A stretch of DNA of 64,000 bases from Clostridia bacterium. GTDB taxonomy: Bacteria; Bacillota; Clostridia; Oscillospirales; Butyricicoccaceae. The notes beneath the pieces are model-generated. The model did no database searches and was not told the origin of the DNA. It saw only the letters and a program-made list of their open reading frames with translations. This document shows positions 61,708 to 64,000 of this stretch, one piece after another. The stretch spans positions 1,015-65,014 of the forward strand of contig JAFYPP010000003.1 in the NCBI GenBank assembly GCA_017559995.1. The letters are read 5' to 3'. Position numbers and translations under genes: made by a program. How positions within the stretch are numbered: the stretch's first letter is position 1; the number at the start of each line of letters is the position of its first letter.

Positions 61708-62914
61708 GTTCACCCTCCCAGGTGACGGCGTATTCGCCCAGGATCTTGTCCGAAAGGTCGTTCAGATAGGACAGATTAAAGGGCGTTTCATAGTTTTTGA
61801 TGCTGTGTTTACCGGCAAGCTCGTCGGTATATTCGCACAAGGGATAGATCCGGTAATATCCCTTTTGATAGTGGGTCACCGTGGGGATCACCCCGGCAGA
61901 CGTAGTCTCCAACAGAGTGCCGTCCTGTTGGAAGAGCAATTCGATCTCCAGAATACCACCAAGCATAGTCACACGCTTGTGCTGATTGGACACAAAATTA
62001 CCCAGGGAATACATACACAGGGTGCGGTGTCCGTCCTCCCGTTCCAGCCACGCCATGGGCTGCAGCACGTGAGGATGGGTGCCGATGATCAAGTCGGCGC
62101 CGCCGTCGCACAGAAGCTGCGCCAGTTCTTCCTGACGGGCGCCCTGTACGGTCTGGTACTCGTTGCCCCAATGCATGGAAACGATGAGATAATCGCAAAC
62201 GGGACGAATGGCTTCCAGATCGGCCTTGATCTTTGCATCGTCAATCATGGAGATCTTCCACAGCTTGTCCGACGGCAGCTGATAGCCGTTCAGGCCGTAA
62301 GTATAGGACAGGAAACCGAAGCGGATCCCCTGCTTTTCCACAATGGAAAGCTGGGTGGATTCTTCCTCGGTGCGGAACGCGCCCAGAACGGCGTCAAAGG
62401 GCAGCTCATGTACCGTTTCCAGACAGGTCTCCAGACCCTTGACGCCCTTGTCCAGCGTATGGTTGGTCGCCAGATTGATCACGTTGAAACCAGCATCGAT
62501 CAAAGCGTCCGCGGCTTCCAGCGGTGCCGCCAGATTGGGGTACGAACCGGCCTCACCGGTGAACATGACCTCCTGGTTGATAAAAGCGATATCGCTGCCT
62601 TCGATGATGGAACGGATGGGCTCATACACCGGTCGGAAATCATAGCCGCCTTCCACCGCGCAGGCATAGGACACCGTGTTGTGCAGCAGATTGTCACCGG
62701 CGGCAGTGATGCGGATAGAGACCGTGGGCGGTTCGGTAGGCGCCTCCGTGGGCGGTTCGGTGGGGGCTTCCGTGGCCGGCTGTGCAGGTGCTTCCGTAGG
62801 CACCGTTACCGCCGGTTGGGTTTCCTGGGGTACGTTCTCCGGCCGGATGCCGCAGCCGCACAAGAGAATACACAACGCCAAAACAGCGCTGGACAGTTTC
62901 AAAAATCGATTCAT
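61700..62914 (-). CDS. CapA/PGA_cap-family metallophosphatase-like lipoprotein
   Basis: 404 aa with a lipobox (LLCGCG) and a Pro/Thr/Glu/Ala repeat linker. The CapA core is present (ITAAGDNLLH, INLATNH, VSMHWGNEY, GTHPHV). Confidence 0.82.
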   Translation of the reverse strand: MNRFLKLSSAVLALCILLCGCGIRPENVPQETQPAVTVPTEAPAQPATEAPTEPPTEAPTEPPTVSIRITAAGDNLLHNTVSYACAVEGGYDFRPVYEPIRSIIEGSDIAFINQEVMFTGEAGSYPNLAAPLEAADALIDAGFNVINLATNHTLDKGVKGLETCLETVHELPFDAVLGAFRTEEESTQLSIVEKQGIRFGFLSYTYGLNGYQLPSDKLWKISMIDDAKIKADLEAIRPVCDYLIVSMHWGNEYQTVQGARQEELAQLLCDGGADLIIGTHPHVLQPMAWLEREDGHRTLCMYSLGNFVSNQHKRVTMLGGILEIELLFQQDGTLLETTSAGVIPTVTHYQKGYYRIYPLCEYTDELAGKHSIKNYETPFNLSYLNDLSDKILGEYAVTWEGEHD

Positions 62915-63020
62915 AGGATCCCTCCAGACCTATATCATAGCAAATCAACAACGGTGTTACAATGACTTTCTGCGAAGTTTTTGGAGCGTCAGGCCTAAAT
63001 TCATTTTTTTAAGGAATTCA

Positions 63021-63050
63021 TTTGACATTTTCTCGAAATAAGGCGTATAA
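63021..63050 (+). promoter_or_regulatory. Sigma-A-type promoter of typA
   Basis: TTGACA, an 18-nt spacer, then TATAAT, about 36 nt upstream of the typA ATG. Confidence 0.5.
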
Positions 63051-63086
63051 TTACTTGTTTGAAATTTTACTTTGGAGGAAGATACA

Positions 63087-64000
63087 ATGGTTCGCAATGA
63101 TCTGAGAAACATCGCTATCATTGCCCACGTCGACCACGGCAAAACGACGCTGGTGGATGAGATGCTCAAACAGGGCGGTGTCTACCGTGAAAACCAGGCC
63201 GTCGTCGACCGCGTGATGGATTCCAACGATCTGGAGCGTGAGCGCGGCATCACCATCCTGGCAAAGAACACTGCCGTTCATTACAAGGACACCAAGATCA
63301 ACATCGTGGACACCCCCGGCCACGCCGACTTCGGCGGCGAGGTGGAGCGTATCCTCAAGATGGTCAACGGCGTTATCCTGCTGGTAGACGCCGCGGAAGG
63401 CCCCATGCCCCAGACTCGCTTCGTTTTGAGCAAGGCTCTGGAACTGGGCCACCGTGTTATCGTGGTGGTCAACAAGATCGACCGCCCCGACCAGCGCATC
63501 CACGAGGTGGTGGATGAGGTTCTGGAACTGCTGCTGGACCTGAACGCCACCGAGGATCAGTTCGATTCTCCCATGCTGTTCTGCTCCGGCCGTCAGGGTA
63601 CCGCTTCCTATTCCCCCGACTCCGCCGGCACCGATCTGCGCCCCCTGTTCGACACCATCATGGAATACATTCCCGCCCAGGAGGTGGAGCCCGAGGCCCC
63701 CTTCCAGATGCTGGTCTCCTCCATCGACTATAACGAGTTCGTCGGCCGTATCGCCATCGGCCGCATCGAGCGCGGTACCATCAAGCAGAACCAGGAGATC
63801 GTGGTCTGCAACTATCACGCCCCCGAACAGGTCAGCAAGAAGTGTAAAGCGGTTTCTCTTTACACCTTTGACGGTCTGGGCCGCACCCCCGTTACCGAGG
63901 CCTCTGCCGGCAACATTATCGCTATGAGCGGTATCGGCGACATCAGCATCGGCGACACCATCTGCGCTCCCACCGACGTGGAGCCTCTGCCCTTCGTAAA
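63087..64000 (+). CDS. typA: Translational GTPase TypA/BipA (3'-truncated by window end)
   Basis: My own translation from ATG 63087 (SD GGAGGA 7 nt upstream) gives MVRNDLRNIAIIAHVDHGKTTLVDEMLKQGG...DSNDLERERGITILAK...VDTPGHADFGGEVER. It is open to the window end and absent from the ORF track because there is no stop. Confidence 0.93.
   Translation, partial: MVRNDLRNIAIIAHVDHGKTTLVDEMLKQGGVYRENQAVVDRVMDSNDLERERGITILAKNTAVHYKDTKINIVDTPGHADFGGEVERILKMVNGVILLVDAAEGPMPQTRFVLSKALELGHRVIVVVNKIDRPDQRIHEVVDEVLELLLDLNATEDQFDSPMLFCSGRQGTASYSPDSAGTDLRPLFDTIMEYIPAQEVEPEAPFQMLVSSIDYNEFVGRIAIGRIERGTIKQNQEIVVCNYHAPEQVSKKCKAVSLYTFDGLGRTPVTEASAGNIIAMSGIGDISIGDTICAPTDVEPLPFV

Noticed and set aside
1-64000. CRISPR arrays, rRNA or tRNA genes, and IS elements or transposases.
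   Set aside because: All intergenic gaps are 350 bp or less, AT-rich, and explained by promoters and terminators. I found no regularly spaced direct repeats, no cloverleaf-like GC-rich segments and no transposase-like ORFs in the six-frame track. This is a by-eye judgement; tRNAscan, Infernal or a CRISPR finder would be decisive.

Overview
This is a GC-rich chromosomal segment with strong GC3 bias: core genes sampled by eye are about 60-67% GC. Gene content and order suggest a spore-forming Clostridia-type Firmicute, possibly an Oscillospiraceae/Ruminococcaceae-like gut anaerobe, but that is a guess with no search behind it. I support about 55 protein genes. By eye I found no rRNA, tRNA, CRISPR array, IS element or prophage.

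Genes in order:
- M14 peptidase
- Membrane degenerate-GGDEF/EAL c-di-GMP protein
- GtrA + GT2 facing YfhO (three-component glycosylation module)
- Ferritin and an MFS transporter
- lon-engB-lysA
- scpA-scpB-ytfI-ytfJ-dac-rluB
- RpiR regulator, HI0933/BaiN-like flavoprotein, cmk-plsC-ispH::S1
- A lower-GC islet at 23.5-30.0 kb: Xer-like recombinase, ogt, SDR, D-aminoacylase, HlyD-like adaptor + FtsX/MacB permease with no ATPase, and a small Cys-rich ORF
- A minus-strand block: SpoIID-like, queA-rmuC-tgt-yajC, a membrane protein, cwlD, radA
- A 288-aa Cys-rich protein
- A tightly coupled Nudix-AAA+-GNAT operon
- A rex / HydS-type sensory [FeFe] hydrogenase / PP2C phosphatase / group-B-like [FeFe] hydrogenase operon
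- A Cys-motif membrane protein
- A PIG-L deacetylase followed by a TetM/EF-G-like GTPase fused to a YacP/Rae1-type NYN nuclease domain
- nagB and a ROK kinase, then ridA and dapA
- gerA-gerC-gerB
- ECF sigma/anti-sigma, dusB, capA, and the 5' part of typA/bipA

The most unusual item is the GTPase-NYN fusion at 48974-51598. Next are the hydrogen/redox-sensing regulatory operon and the Nudix-AAA+-GNAT operon.

All functional calls come from motif and family recognition on the translated ORFs. No database search was possible. Many very long ORFs lie antisense to real genes, and I treat them as GC-composition artefacts.
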